Below, piece after piece: positions 1 through 12,232 of a DNA stretch of 64,000 nucleotides. Position 1 is the first letter of the stretch, and each line of letters opens with the position of its first letter. Origin of the DNA: a virus; IMG/VR virus record IMGVR_UViG_3300050343_000190, positions 1-64,000 of that record. One strand, 5' to 3'. The position numbers and the translations under genes are program-made. The notes under the pieces are model-generated. The model saw only the letters and a program-made list of their open reading frames with translations, was not told where the DNA came from and made no database searches.

Positions 1-3000
1 AGTGTCGTTGAAAATACTATTGAGTTGCCTCAACACTTCTTTGTAACAGGAGAGGAAGTTGTATATTCTTATGATGTTCTTAATGAACCAATTGGAATTG
101 CTTCTACAGATGTTCCTGGAATTGGAGTTACTGATATATTACCATCTAAATTGTTTATCATCAAAGAGGATGAACTACTTGTAAGAGTTGCAGCCAGTGC
201 TACAGAGGCATTGTCTTTAATTCCCAACACCTTTTAATATTACAACTCTTGGAGTTGGATCCGATCATTATATAACCGCAAAGAATCAGAATCCTAAGAC
301 TCTGATCACTATTGATAATATGATCCAATCTCCTATTGTATCTACTGCTACTACAACGGGTGCTGGTAATACTTTTACAACTGTTCAAGATGTTCTTACT
401 TTAACTGAGCAACCAGAAAGATTCTTTAGTGGAGATTTTCTTCAGATTGACGATGAAATCGTAAGAGTATCCATTGTTGGATATGGCGGTTCTGATAATG
501 ATGTATATGTTCAGAGGCCAGTTTTAGGTACACTACTTGCAGATCACGTACAATTTGCAAAAATTACTAAGGTTATTGGTAATTACAATATTATCGATAA
601 TACACTTAGTTTTGCTGAGGCTAGTCTCCATATGGAAAAACTCCGATAGGATCTCCAGATAATCCTCCAGATCAAAGAGATTATAGTGGAATCACTACTT
701 TCTCTAGATTTAGTGGAAGATCGTTCATGAGAAATGGTCAAGTTGATTCTACAAATGATCCATACTACAAAAACTATATCTTTGACGGTATTGAAGATCA
801 ATTCACAGGAATTAAGAGTTCTTTTGAATTAAAAGTTGGTGGTCAAAGTGTTGATGGATTATCGGCAAGTAATGCTATTATTACAGTGAATGATTTATTC
901 CAATCACCTAAGGTAGATCAACTCAATGTTGATATTGAGGGAAACTACACTTTAGAAGAAGACAGTGGAGTAACAAATATCATCTTTGATGAAACATCTT
1001 ATGATAGAGAAGATGATATCATTATTAAAGGTCTTCCTGTTGGCGGTAGGATCGTCTCTGTTGGGTCTACAAAGGGATTTGGGTATCAATCACTAGTATC
1101 TGCTGCTGGAACTGCTACAGTGTCTTCTGCGGGAACCATTAGTGCTATTAACGTCTCTAACGTTGGTGGTGGATATCGAACTGGTATTCAAACTAATATT
1201 AATGTCTACATTCGTGAAGAAACAGTAGAGGCATCTAGTAAAGTTGCGATAGGAACTGCTCTTGTTACTAGAGGAAGAGTTACTGGAGTGGCTGTTACAA
1301 ATTCTGAGGTCTTCTACGCTCCTAGAGATATTTCTAACGTTGGTTATACTTCCATAACAGGTTTAACAACGGTTACAACATCTACAGCGCACGGATTATC
1401 TAAGGGGTAATGATATTGTTCTTTCTGGAATCGCAATGACTTGCGATTATGCTCTACCACTTACCGTAACAAATGCTCAATATGATAACATAACTGGAAT
1501 TATGACTGTTACCACTTCTGTGGGACATGGTTATAGCACATTCGGCAAACTCAGTGAAGTTATTCTAACTGGACTTGCATTTACTTGTGCATATGATGGT
1601 GGAGCGGGAATTCTTACTCACCCAAGAACAACAGATCCTGCATATAACGGTACAGGAGTAATTTCTGTTAATAGTGCTACCGAATTTGCTGTTAATGTTG
1701 GAGTTTCTACCACCGTTAACTTCTACACTAGTGGTGGAACTGCTCAGGGTATAATTATTGCCCCAAGACTCAACAATAATTCTGATAGTCAGTCAGATCC
1801 CTGCTTCGCAGTTTGTGAGTGTAAGAAGAGTTAATAGTGATACTGAGTTTGAAGTTAATACTGGTATTTCTACATTAGGTCACTTTTATGCTAGAGGTGG
1901 TAAAGTTGCGAAGTATCTAACTGTTGATTTTGATGATCCCTCTTCCATACGATAATCTGGCGCTACAACATATTCTACAACTTCAATCGGAGATACTGGA
2001 GGAAGATTTGCAAAGATTAGTGTTGTAGTTGGTGAAGGATCTAGTGTAACTGATTTTGATATAAAAAATGTTGGATATGGATATGAAATTAACAATGTAC
2101 TAACAGTTTCTGTTGGTGGAACGGATGGTATTCCTTACATGTATCACGGAAGATTCGCTGATGCTGGAAATCTTCTTACTTTTAACAGACAGTTCCTTGT
2201 TAAAGAAGAGCTGTTGGATATGCAACTGCTACATATCCTTCCCTACTTTCCAATCCAGATTATGATCAAACTAAGTGTGAAAGAGATACTGGGATTTATT
2301 GTTGATGCGTTAGCAAATGATCTCTTCTTTGGAGGAAACTTTAATTCTGTTGCAGCAGGAAATAAGTATTGGAATGGACCTCTAAATTATGTAACTGGAG
2401 AAACAATAGAAACCATTGCAACTTATGATTATCTTGCTGGTATTTCAACATTCGTTATAAACAATCAAATTCTACCTACTTCATATCAGGGTATTGCAGT
2501 CTCTGTTACCCAATTTACAGATGCTTCTATTGATTATGAAAATGGATCTTCATACACTCTTGATAGTTGTTCTGATGTTGCAACTTCAATTTCCAATCTA
2601 GTTGGAATTGTTACTACAATTATTGGTGATGGTGCAGCATATGCTCCACCAGTGATAAGTCCTTCTGCTAAACCAACACTTGCTTTACCAACAACATTAG
2701 ACTTTGATGAATTCAACTTCTATATTACTAAGACCCAAACTGATCAATTTACAGGATGGACAATTGGAGATCTTCAGGTTGTTGATGATATCAGTCCTCA
2801 GTTTAATGGAGATGCAACTAGATTTGCTATTAAATTTGATGGAGTTAGAACATCAATTAAAGCTGCTAAAGGATCTTTGATTGATGTTCAAGCAACGCTT
2901 CTAGTCTTTATTAATGATATTCTTCAAGTTCCTGGAGAGGCATATTTATTCCCAGGAGGTAGTACACTTCGCTTCTCAGAAGCCTCCAAAACTAGGAGAT

Positions 3001-4391
3001 GTCTGTAAAATTATCTTCTATAGAGGAACTGGAGATGTTGATGTTGAATTTGTAGATATTCTTGAGACTGTTTCTCCTGGAGATATCCTCACAATCGGTA
3101 GTGAGGATATTAGCCCCTAAAACAAAAAGATAGATCAGTTAAATCAGTTACTTCTACTGACTCGGTTGATACTTATCTTTATGGTGGTGTTGGAATCAGT
3201 AATGATCCATTTGTTGAGAGACCAGTTAATTGGTGTCGTGCAACCACTGATCTCATTATCGATGGTGAAGAAGTTAGCAAAGCAAGAGATATTTATGAGG
3301 CAGCAATTCTTCCTCTAACTAATATCATTTACGATGTTGGTACTGCAAGTACACAAATTTGGATTGAAGGCGCAAGAACTTTCTTCGATAATGCGAGAGA
3401 AAATTCAGAACTGAATTGGACAACTACCGTTGATATTATCGATCAAGATGAAACAGAAGAATCTATAGCAACTGCTTCAGTTACATCTGGAATTGTTACT
3501 CAAATATCCCTTACCAATGCAGGATCTGGGTATTTTAACATTCCTACAATATCTATCGGAGCGCCAAAAGATGATAGTGGAACTCAAGCAGAAGCTAATA
3601 TCATTATCGCATCTGGTAAAGTAGCAACCATTAATATTTCTGTTGGTGGAACTGGATATGATGATAATAATCCACCACCAGTTTTAATTTCACCACCAAC
3701 TCCAAAATCAGAAACAATATTTAGAGTTGACTTTGCAGGAGACTTTGGTGAAGTTATTGGAGTCGGAACAACAACAATTGGAGCAGGATCTTCTCAAGGT
3801 CTCATCTTTGAGTTTGCTATTCCAGAAAACTCTCCTTTGAAAGATGAAACAATTGTTGGTACTGGAAATACAATTGATTATAGTGGAATTGGAACAGGTG
3901 ACTTCTTTACTATACGAGATTCCACGGTCGGAAATGCGACAACAGTTGGATATGGCGTTACTTCAATTGAAATAGATGGAGTTGACTTGGTTGAAGGAAA
4001 TCAATTTATTGATAGTGTATTCCAAGTTCATGACATTGTTCCAGGAACTCCAATCGTTATATTCAGTGACGATTTTGTTGCAAGTTTAACAAGACTTGGT
4101 TCTTATTCTGTTGGATTAGGAGTTTCTACTACAGTCGCTGATGGTGCAACACTGATTATTGAAAATAACACTCAGGTTGTTACTGTTGTTGAAGATTATT
4201 CACAACTTGGACTTTCTTCATTCCTCTCTAGACAAACATTTGCAAACTTCTCTTGGGGTAGACTAGATAGTATTTCTAGACCATTCCCTGAAGCATATGA
4301 TATTAAGAGAGATAATGGAATTATTGGTATCGAAACATCACCTATTTTGAGAAGAAAGAATCCATTAAAAGCCTCCAATTATCTTTCATAA
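1..4391 (+). CDS. gp7: Baseplate wedge initiator gp7-like giant protein, C-terminal part (5' truncated, split by several indels)
   Basis: Consecutive + strand ORF fragments 25-4391 read as one protein across frames. It ends with FSWGRL...GIETSPILRRKNPLK, typical of cyanophage gp7, and lies directly upstream of gp8. Confidence 0.75.
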
Positions 4392-4416
4392 ATAACTAGA
4401 AAAGTTCTGTATTTAA

Positions 4417-5970
4417 ATGTCCGCAATTATAACTGATCAACTTAGAATTTTGAATACGCAAAATTTTCTAGATCTTGCCGAAGATACGGAAAATAATGCT
4501 TTCTATGCTTTTATAGGACTTCCAAATCCCACAGACGTTGTTACTAACTGGGATACGTCTCCTCCTGCTCCTAAGGATTCTTTTGAGCAAGAGTTTGACT
4601 ACTGGGACACTATGATTGCACTGAAGAAGATATCTTCAGTGGATATTCGTCAAGTAATTAAAAAAATTACTTGGAATTCTGGTACTACTTATGATATGTA
4701 TCGCCATAATATTAGTAGAACAAACTTAGCAAAACCATCAAACGCTACAAGTCTTTATTCATCAAACTTTTATGTGATGAATAGCGACTTTAGAGTTTAT
4801 ATTTGTCTACAAAATGGTTCTGATCCAGAAAATATAGAGGGAAGACCATCTCTTGATGAACCTTTATTTACTGATCTAGAGCCACAGATTCCTGGAGATA
4901 GTGGTGATGGATATGTATGGAAATATTTGTATACTATCAAACCCTCTGATATTGTAAAATTTGATTCTGTAAATTTTATTCCTGTTCCAAAAAATTGGGA
5001 GACTGATTCTACATTTGATTCAATTAGAGATAATGCAGTAACAAGTGGTCAGATTAAAATTGTAAAAATAACAAATAGAGGTGCTGGTCTAGGAACTGGT
5101 GGAGTAACATACACAAATATTCCAATCAGTGGTGATGGGGAAGATGCGGAATGCACTATTGTCGTCAATAACGACTCAAAGGTTGACAGTGTAACTGTGT
5201 CGGATGGTGGAGAAGGATATACTCATGGAAGAGTCGATCTTTCAAATTCATCTATTATTTCGGGAACAACAATTCCTGAATTTGAAGTTATTATTCCACC
5301 ATCAGATGGACATGGCGCTAACATTTATAAAGAAATGGGATCGACTAACATTTTAATGTATACCCGCATTGAAAATGATTCTGATAATCCAGATTTTATT
5401 GTTGGAAACCAAGTTGCTAGAGTGGGAATTGTTCATAATCCAACAAAAGATGGATCTACAGAGTTATTAACTGATGATAAAGTTAGTGCTGTCTATGCAT
5501 TAAAACTTACCGGTATTGGATATAGTTCGGCATCTTTTGTTTTTGATAGTGAGGTAACTCAAGAAGTCGGTTTGGGAAGTACTGCTGTTGGTAGAGTAGT
5601 TTCTTATGATGAAATCACTGGTGTTTTAAAATACTGGCAGGATAAGGCTCAGGTTGGATTTAATACTGATGGATCTCAAAAAGTTCCAGAATATGGATAT
5701 ATACAACATAGATTTACATCTGATACTGATGATGGTGGAACATTAACTATTAACGGAGGATCAGTTGAACTATCAATTGATGCAAACTATAGCGGTATAA
5801 CTACCTCTATAAATAATACTACATATAACCTGGGACAAAATTTTACAAACGGAACTGCTCTTCCAGAAGTAAAAAAATACTCAGGAGACATCATATATGT
5901 CGATAATAGACCCGCGATCACTAGATCAAAGAGTCAAAAAGAAGATATTAAGGTCATTTTGCAATTCTAA
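4417..5970 (+). CDS. gp8: Baseplate wedge subunit gp8
   Basis: Intact 517-aa ORF with MSAIITDQLRI, YVMNSDFRVYICLQNG, DGYVWKYLYTI and C-terminal YVDNRPAITRSKSQKEDIKVILQF. Confidence 0.92.
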   Translation: MSAIITDQLRILNTQNFLDLAEDTENNAFYAFIGLPNPTDVVTNWDTSPPAPKDSFEQEFDYWDTMIALKKISSVDIRQVIKKITWNSGTTYDMYRHNISRTNLAKPSNATSLYSSNFYVMNSDFRVYICLQNGSDPENIEGRPSLDEPLFTDLEPQIPGDSGDGYVWKYLYTIKPSDIVKFDSVNFIPVPKNWETDSTFDSIRDNAVTSGQIKIVKITNRGAGLGTGGVTYTNIPISGDGEDAECTIVVNNDSKVDSVTVSDGGEGYTHGRVDLSNSSIISGTTIPEFEVIIPPSDGHGANIYKEMGSTNILMYTRIENDSDNPDFIVGNQVARVGIVHNPTKDGSTELLTDDKVSAVYALKLTGIGYSSASFVFDSEVTQEVGLGSTAVGRVVSYDEITGVLKYWQDKAQVGFNTDGSQKVPEYGYIQHRFTSDTDDGGTLTINGGSVELSIDANYSGITTSINNTTYNLGQNFTNGTALPEVKKYSGDIIYVDNRPAITRSKSQKEDIKVILQF

Positions 5971-5976
5971 GAAATC

Positions 5977-8900
5977 ATGCCCCAGGAACTAAATCTTAAC
6001 GTTTCTCCTTATTATGACGATTTTGATCGCGATAATGATTATTATCGCGTTCTGTTTAAACCAGGGTATCCTGTTCAGGCAAGAGAACTTACGACTATGC
6101 AGTCTATGCTGCAAGGTCAGTTAGAGAAATTTAGTGATCATTTCTTTAAAGAAGGGAAAGAGCTATAACTGGTGGAGAAATTCAATATTATGAAAAATAT
6201 CCATGTGTTATGGTTGATGATTCCTTCAATGGAAAGTCAATCTTAGAATATGCTGCGGATTTATTAGACGAAGTTATTGTTGGCGAAAGTTCGGGAATTA
6301 GAGCAAGAGTCGATTCATATTTACCGGGATCTAGTTCTGAAAGGGGATTTGATACTTATTATATTACATATCTAAGTTCAGATTCAGGATCTTCTGAGTT
6401 TACTGGTTTTATTCCAGGAGAAAACCTATTAACAGAAGATGGAATTCAGACTACTAATAACTTAGCGGATGAATATGATTCTGATGATCCAGATGCAGCA
6501 ATTCAAGAAAATTTAGAAAACTTAATTGTATTTGGAGAGAATGCTCCATTTGCAAGATGTGTTGAAGAAAGTCCAAATGAAGTTGGATCTGCAGTTCATA
6601 TTAATGAAGGTGTTTACTATATTAGAGGACACTTTGTAGAGTCTGAGGAAAAAACCTTACTACTTGATCAGTATGATGATAAACCATCATATAGAGTAGG
6701 TTTAATTATTACAGAAGAGATTGCAACACATTTAGATGATGATGCTCTTCTTGATAATGCACAAGGATTTTCTAACTTTACAGCACCAGGTGCAGATAGA
6801 TTACGAATTGAAATTGATCTAGTAAAGATTGACCTTGATGAAGACGACGATGTAGAGAATTTTGTTGAATTAATGGTCGTTCAAAACGGTCAGATTGTCA
6901 ACAATAATAGAAGCAGACAACAAACAGATAATGAAAAATACATTGCAGAAAGAGTTGATGATGTTGCTGGAGACTTCTATGTAGAGCAACCAGAGGTAGA
7001 GATTTTAGAAGCTTCTAAATGATAAAGAAGGTAATGATGGGTTATATGAACCTGGAGAACTTACTTTACAGGGATCAGAACCTACAGATGATATGGGAAT
7101 CTATAAGATTTCCCCATTTAAAAAGCCTATGTTAATGGGTATCAAATTGAAATTAATACACCAACATATCTTGAATTTGATAAACCAAGAGAAACTAAAG
7201 AGTTTGAAGATCAGCAGTTAGCATATAACTCTGGACCAACATTAGCAATAAACAGAGTATTTGGATATCCAACTTTAGGAATTCAAACAAGTTTTTATAT
7301 CACTCTTAGAGATGAAAGAGTTGGTGGATCTCAAGCAACAGCTGCCGGTAAAGAAATTGGTGTTGCTAGAGTTTATGATTATGAATTAGAAGACGGAACA
7401 TATGAAAGAGAAAATTTAGACTTAAACACTTGGGATCTTACATTATATGATGTTAGACCCTATGTTGAATTTGAACTGAATGAGCCAGTAAAATTAACAA
7501 CTCCTATTCATATTAAAGGAAAAGCAACTGGAGCAACTGGACACCTCAGATTTGATGTTAATAATTCTGGTATTGCTACCGCTTATGATGTAAGAGGTAG
7601 ATTCAACGTAGGTGAAAAGTTAATCTTTAATGGTGTAGAAGAAAATACAAGAGTCGTAAAGGATGCAACAGAATATGGAATTAATAAAGTAAGATCTATT
7701 CATGCAGTAAATGCAAATGGAACTTTCTTTAGTGCAGATACTATACTTGAAGATAGCTTCTGAGGATATTCCAGAACCAGGTTTAAATGTAAGTATAACT
7801 GGAGCATCTAGTGGTGTTTCTACGGTAAGTGTTGCAAACTTCAATCTAGATAAAGTATTTGATGTTGGTGATCTTGTATCATATACAAATTCTGGAAACC
7901 CAGAAATTGTAACCTATAATAAAGTTTCTGCTGTAGCTATATCTAAAACAAACATGAGACTGGAGGCGATTACTTCAGTAACAGGAATCTGTGCTGGTGC
8001 TCTCCCAACTTCTGCAGTACAGACTACAGATTTCCAAAAAATTGAAACAGAAATTGAAACTTCTGACGATAATACTCTTTATACAGAGTTTCCAAAAGAT
8101 TTTGTTGCGAAAGTAAATCTTGAAGATTCTACTATTGTCGTTAGAAAAACATTTGATATCAATATTACTGATGGTGCAACAAATGCTATACAATCAGGAA
8201 CTGATTTTACTTTCCTTCCTTTCACAGCAGGAAGATATGTCCTAACAAGAAATGATGGAACTATTGAAGAACTGACTGATGATAAAATGACCTTCAATGG
8301 GTCATCTACACAATTAACCATAAAAGGACTTGGATCTAATACTGCTGGTGTTCTTGTAGCAACTTGCAACAAATCTAATAACACATCTAAAGTAAAAATT
8401 AGAAATAGAATTGGATCTCTTATTATTGATAAATCAAGAGTTCGTCAATCTGGTGTTGGTGGAACCACATTAAACGATGGACTGACATATGGAAATTATC
8501 CATATGGTACTAGAGTACAGGATGAAGAGATTGCTTTGATGAGACCCGATGTTATCGAGGTCTTAGGAATTTTTGAATCTGATAATACTGCAGAACCAGA
8601 TGTTAAGAGACTAGAATTTAGCACCTTCTCTGGCCCTACTCAGTCTACCGATGATTTAATTATTGGTGAAAGATTTGAAGGAGCAACTAGTGAAGCTATC
8701 GGTATTGTAATTGAAAAAATAAATGATACTACTATAGGATTCATACCAGCAAATGATGATGCATTTGATGAACCTGGTGAGAAAATTACATTTAAAGAGT
8801 CTGGAGTAACTGCAAGTTTTGTAAAAGAAACTGGATCAGATTTAAACATTACAAATAAATTTGATTTAGCAGATGGATTTGAAGACACAATATATGATTA

Positions 8901-11900
8901 TGCTAGACTTGTAAGAAATAAAGATGCTAAAGAACCTAAGAGAAAATTAAAAATTATATACGAGTTCTGCACATATGATGCTGCAGACACAGGAGATATC
9001 ACAACGGTAGATTCCTACTCTAATTTTGACTATAAGGATATTCCAGAAACTGGAGACCTTAGACATAGTGATATTATTGATATTAGACCAAGAGTTGATT
9101 TTTATAATGTAACAGAAAATTCTAGATCACCATTTGAATTTTTTGGCAGATCTTTTGATGGTGATGGAAACTCTGCTGATTTTATTCTTGCATCAGACGA
9201 AACTATCACACTTGATTACTCAATCTACTTAGCTAGAGTTGATAAAATTTTCTTAGATGAAGCAGGACAGTTTCACAATGTAGAAGGTCCTCCATCAGAA
9301 AATCCAGCACCTCCTGGAGCAAAGGATGATTCTATTGAAGTTGCTCAAATTATTCATCCACCATTCCTTGAAGATGTAGAAGACGCCAGTATTGAATTAG
9401 CGGACCATAAACGCTATACAATGGATGATATTGGAGATCTAGAAGATCGTATTAAGCAACTTGAGTACTATACATCTTTAAACCTTCTTGAGCAAAGTAC
9501 TGCTAATATGAAGGTGACTGATGGTAATGGTCTTAATAGGTTTAAGTCTGGATTCTTTGTTGATGATTTCTCTGATGCAGAAAATCAACTAAAGGTAACA
9601 ATTCTTAAGAACTCTGTAGATACTGAAGAGGGTGAATTAAGGGCTGCTCCATATACTACTCAAATTGACTTAGAGTTAGGAACATTCAGCGCACTAGGTA
9701 TTGGAACTGACGTTATTGATTCTGTTACTCTTGATCCAGAATTTGATACCAATATTATTGGTGAAAATATCAAAATGACTGGTAGAGTGATTACTCTCGA
9801 TTATGATGAGCAAATTGAGATTCATCAACCATATGCAACTCAAAACGTTCCAGTTAATACTTTTGCTGATATATTTTATGAAGGTGAATTAGAACTTCAA
9901 CCAGATTCTGACCTTTGGGTGCGCCAGAACTTGGGTGGAAGAAGAGTAAAAGATTCAAGAGGTAAATTCTGGTTCACTAGACGGCAATGGAGAAAAATGA
10001 GATGGAATCCTAACTTCGGTTGGGGTGGTGTTATTTGGAAAGATTGGAGACATCATTGGAAAGGTAATCTTCCTAAGGGAGGGCGTCGTCGTGGTGGAGA
10101 ATATAGTGGAACAACTGCTAACCGTAGGAGGAGAAGGAGAAGAAGAAGAATTAGAGCAGCTGGAGGAGTCTTTAGACGGAAAAAGAGATTAAAGATTAAT
10201 AGAAGAAGAAAGCATCGGTTTAAGATTAAGAGAGGTGGTGCTAGAAGAAAGGGATGGGGTAAGAGAACTATAAGACGTAGATTCTGGGCAAGAAGAGTAC
10301 GCCAAGGAAGACGCTTTGTATCCGTAGCCGTCCGTAAGTGGATGAGAATGCGGAACATTCAATTCAAAGCGAAGAAGATGAAACCCAACACAAGGGTTTA
10401 CGCTTTCTTTGATGGTGTTCCAGTAATGAAAACCATTACTCCTAAGCTTATCGAAGTTAAGATGATCAAGGGAACGTTCCAGGTTGGTGAACGTGTAACT
10501 AGTGCAAGAAGGAGAAGATTCCGTAGAAGAGGATCTATTGCAGTTAAAGTAAGAAGGAGAAGAATCAGAGTTAGATCCGTTAGAGGATGGCGTTGGGCAA
10601 TGAGATTCTCTGGACGAGTTTGTCCAATTAATCATAAAGAAGGTCCAGTTAATACTCCATTAAAAGTATATGGTCAGAACCCATATACAAAGACGGCGAT
10701 GCCTACAAGTTATGCATCCAATTCTACGATTCTGAATATTGATACTTTCATCATGTCCCTCAAACAAAGAGGAAGATATTGGGGATTTATTAACCGTAAG
10801 ATGCGTCTAAAAGGACGTAAGAGTAAAAGCCGTTTGTAGAGTTGTTAATAAACGACTTATCACAGACGGTCAGGGCACTGTTGCAGGTTCATTCTTCCTT
10901 CCAGCAGCAGATGGTGTGAGAAAGAGAAAATTTGGTTATGCATTTAGTGCTGGTAAAAAAACATTTAGATTAGTTGACTCCAAAACTAACTCTGATGATA
11001 AGGCAGAACTCACCACAATGGCTGAGGATGAATTTACATGTACCGGTGGTGGTCTTAAGACAAGATATCACCTTCGGAGATTGAAAGTCAGAAGAGGACG
11101 TAGATGTACTCGCAGACCAAATGCAGAGGTCGGAAGAAGAAGAGTACTTAGGAAGTGTAGAGGTGGTCGAGCACGTCCAGTAACTCCCGATCCAGGAGAC
11201 GAAGAAGAATCAGCACCAATCAGTCCCACTCCACCAGGAGGGACGAAAGCCACCGAGACACGTTGACCCACCTAAAGGTCCTAAAGTGCCGAAGGATCCA
11301 CGTCCATGTCGGCGTAAAGGAAGGGGTAAGAAAAGGTGTAAACCAGGAGGCAAGACGCCACCACCCAAGAAGAATAGACCTAAAGTCAAAACTGCTAAGG
11401 TTAAATACGTCTTTGATAAGAAAGGAAAAGCACTTCCTATTTGGTATGTTCCATATACCATTAAAAAGGGTAAAAATAAGGGAAAAACTAGATACCTTAA
11501 CTTTAACCAAATTAGAAGACTAGGTGGTAAAAAGGATGCTAAGAGAGCATTCAGGGAGTTTGGATACCCTCTTCCACCTAAGAATTACCCAGGTAGAGGT
11601 AAACCAGCAAGACCAACTGGAGGTAAAAAGAAGACAACTACCATTGCGATTAAACAAAATCGTAAAGGTGTGATGAAGGTTATTGATACCTCCAAGAAGG
11701 CAAGGAAACTCAAGAGAAAGGGTAAGAAGTCTAACGTCAGGGATGTTATTAAACCAGGCGATAAGGATTATGGCTATTACAACAAGGGTAAACCCCAACT
11801 CTGGAAGTATGGTGCAACACTTCTTGCAACACAAAACAAGAAAGCAACTAAAAAAGTTACTAAGAGAGGTAAGAAGAAGTTTGAGAAACGAGGATTCCCT

Positions 11901-12224
11901 GTTAATAAATTACCACTTAAGAATGGTAGTATAAAGAGATTCCAGCCACGCAAACCAAGACCACGGAGAAGGTCTCGTCCAAGACCTGCACCAAGACCAA
12001 CGCCAAGAGCAAATAGGAGAAGAAGATTAGGTGGAGGTTATCCACGGAGACCTAGACCTAGACCAAGACCAAGACCTCCAGCACGTCCACCTAGACCACC
12101 AGGTAGAGCAGCAAGAAGAGGAGGAGGAAGAAGAAGAGGAAGAAGAGGAAGAAGATCCGACCTCTTACTGAAGACAAACATTATGATCATCCAAAACGCA
12201 CTAAATAGAGTGTTTAGAGTCTGA
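5977..12224 (+). CDS. VrlC/DUF4815-like virion structural protein, N-terminal gene (~2080 aa reconstructed): acidic N-half, Arg/Lys-rich C-half, ending in the start of an S74 chaperone motif
   Basis: Motifs MPQELNLNVSPYYDDF..YYRVLFKPGYPVQARELT, APGADRL, KRYTMDDIGDLEDRIKQLEYYTSLNLLE, RFKSGFFVDDFS and KPNTRVYAFFDG. Fragments 5977, 6210, 7711, 10916 and 11286 join by single indels. Confidence 0.75.
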
Positions 12225-12232
12225 AATATATT

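Noticed and set aside
9940-10840. Arg-rich stretch as a wrong-frame translation of a Glu-rich (GAA) region
   Set aside because: It is continuous and in frame with flanking conserved motifs (ELQPDSDLW before, KPNTRVYAFFDG and GTFQVGE within), and its Arg codons include CGT, CGG and CGC.
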